Shown here in pieces: positions 62,301 to 64,000 of a stretch of 64,000 bases of DNA (positions are counted from its first letter, which is position 1; each line of letters opens with the position of its first letter). The notes under the pieces were generated by a model. That model saw nothing but the letters and a program-made list of their open reading frames with translations. It was not told where the DNA came from and did not search any database. The stretch comes from Sphagnum compactum (Eukaryota). The stretch is taken from positions 10,964,213 through 11,028,212 of the forward strand of contig OZ234493.1 in the NCBI GenBank assembly GCA_965153455.1. Direction: 5' to 3'. The position numbers and the translations under genes were made by a program.

Positions 62301-63084
62301 AAGCCTGAGTTCAAAAGCAGTCCTTCAAGCTCAATGGATAAGACCTATTCACTCATTTACAACTCATACATACATCCCTATGCCATAGAGATCTTGTTTG
62401 TGGTGCAAGGCTTTGTGAGTTTTGTGGTCTCTTAATGACTTGTAGGAAAGATTGAAAAAAAATTGAATTTTTTAGAAAAAGAAAAATGTCTGATAATCAT
62501 TGTGTTTCCCTAACAGCAAAACAAGATATTTGTTAGTAGAATATGAAATTCAGTAAACTATAAACTCAATTTTTGGACCCAAGTTTGGCCTTTCGAAACC
62601 ATTTCTTTATATATTTTGCAGGACAGGTACTTCCCAACAAGTAACAATTAGAAAATAAAATACTGCTAACAAGAATTGCCAAACGGTGCACAAATGGAAT
62701 GTGTGAAATGAACTTGTTGAAAGACTTGAGCATAAGCTAATTCATTAGGCTTCAAAATTGATAGCATATTATGTAACAGGTAACTTCCCAAAGAACATAG
62801 CGGTTTGAACCATTTTTTTCCCCCAAAGGACTTGTGTGTTTTGAGCCATTTTTTCACTCCTTTGTTTTAACCAAATACCTGGCTAAGATCCATGAAACGA
62901 TACCATGGAATCACCAATGGCACCTAAACACTATAACCCTCCAACAATTTACTCTTCTACCCAAATGACAAAAAATTTGCTGCACCCCATTTAAGTCATC
63001 CCCTCCAGGATTGGACAAACAATGACTCGTCTTTTGCATCACATCACGATTCCTGTTCATCCCTCTGACATTTGACCTGATCTA

Positions 63085-63830
63085 GTTTTTGCATCATGTT
63101 TTCAACTCATCCCTGCAACATCTCTCACTTTTATCCCACTTATGAAGATCCCTTTGTTTGCATCATGTTTTCATCTCATCCTTCCAACACTGGTTGTCCC
63201 TATTGCCCAAATGATGAAGATCCCTTTATTTGCACCATGTTATCAAGTACATCCTTCCAATGCTTGTTGTCCATATTGTCCAAATGATGAACATCCCATT
63301 TGTTTGCATCATGTTATCAAGTTCATCCTTCCAACGTTTTGTTATCCTTATTGTCCAAATGATGAACATCCCTTTATTTGTGGGCCTTTATTTGCACCAT
63401 GTTATCAAGTTCATCCTTCCAATGCTTGTTGTCCATATTGTCCAAATGATGAACATCCCATTTGTTTGCATCATGTTATCAAGTTCATCCTTCCAACGTT
63501 TTGTTATCCTTATTGTCCAAATGATGAACATCCCTTTATTTGCGGGCCTTTATTTGCATCATGTTTTCAGCTCATGCTTCCAACATTGTTATTCCATTTG
63601 ATCTAGATAATGAAAATCCCCTTTGTTTGCATCATGGTTTTCACCTCATCTGTCCAACCTCGTTCTCCCCTTTTTATCCAGATGATAAAAATCTCCCTTT
63701 TTGCATCAAATATTCAGCGCATCCCTCCATCATTTTTCTGGCCTTTTGCATCATGTTGAGCTCATCCTTCCAGCAATTTACCCTTTTTGTTGAATTGAAG
63801 ATCCGTTTTTTGCATCATGTTCAGCTCATC
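63085..63830. repeat. ~65-75-bp degenerate tandem array with a near-identical 162-bp higher-order duplication
   Basis: Unit TTTGCATCATGTT...TCATCCTTCCAAC...CCAAATGATGAA.ATCCC. 63223-63384 is repeated at 63385-63546. Confidence 0.92.
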
Positions 63831-64000
63831 GTGAGCTACATTTCTGCTTCAGACGGCGTATCCATCCAAGCTGTAATGAAGAGGCTATCATGCTAAATAA
63901 GTGTGCACACTTGGGCAGGCAGGCAGACCCCATGGTTGAATAGTGGGGAGCTGTGAGAAGGAAGGAGCGTTCTGACAGAGACGACATAACGTGGCATAAT

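Overview
Eukaryotic land-plant nuclear DNA with GT-AG introns. The gene set and repeat style suggest a moss such as Sphagnum, which is an inference and not verified. Five intact intron-containing genes were reconstructed by hand: a CYP71-clan cytochrome P450 (+, 3 exons), plastid lumazine synthase (+, 8 exons), a DOXC-type 2-oxoglutarate/Fe(II) dioxygenase (+, 4 exons), RCD1/CAF40/CNOT9 (-, 9 exons) and a class II trehalose-6-phosphate synthase/phosphatase (+, 4 exons). Intergenic DNA is rich in transposons: two complete non-autonomous Helitrons, CACTA elements including a 99-bp mini-element with TSD, a decayed Ty3/gypsy pol, foldback elements and tandem repeats. The most notable observations are (1) a three-copy ~320-bp family with Helentron/DINE-1-like (Helitron2) terminal architecture, (2) a lumazine synthase first exon that looks borrowed from a thioredoxin-m gene, giving two tandem transit-peptide-like segments, and (3) a uORF- and G-rich leader plus an internal peptide duplication in the class II TPS.
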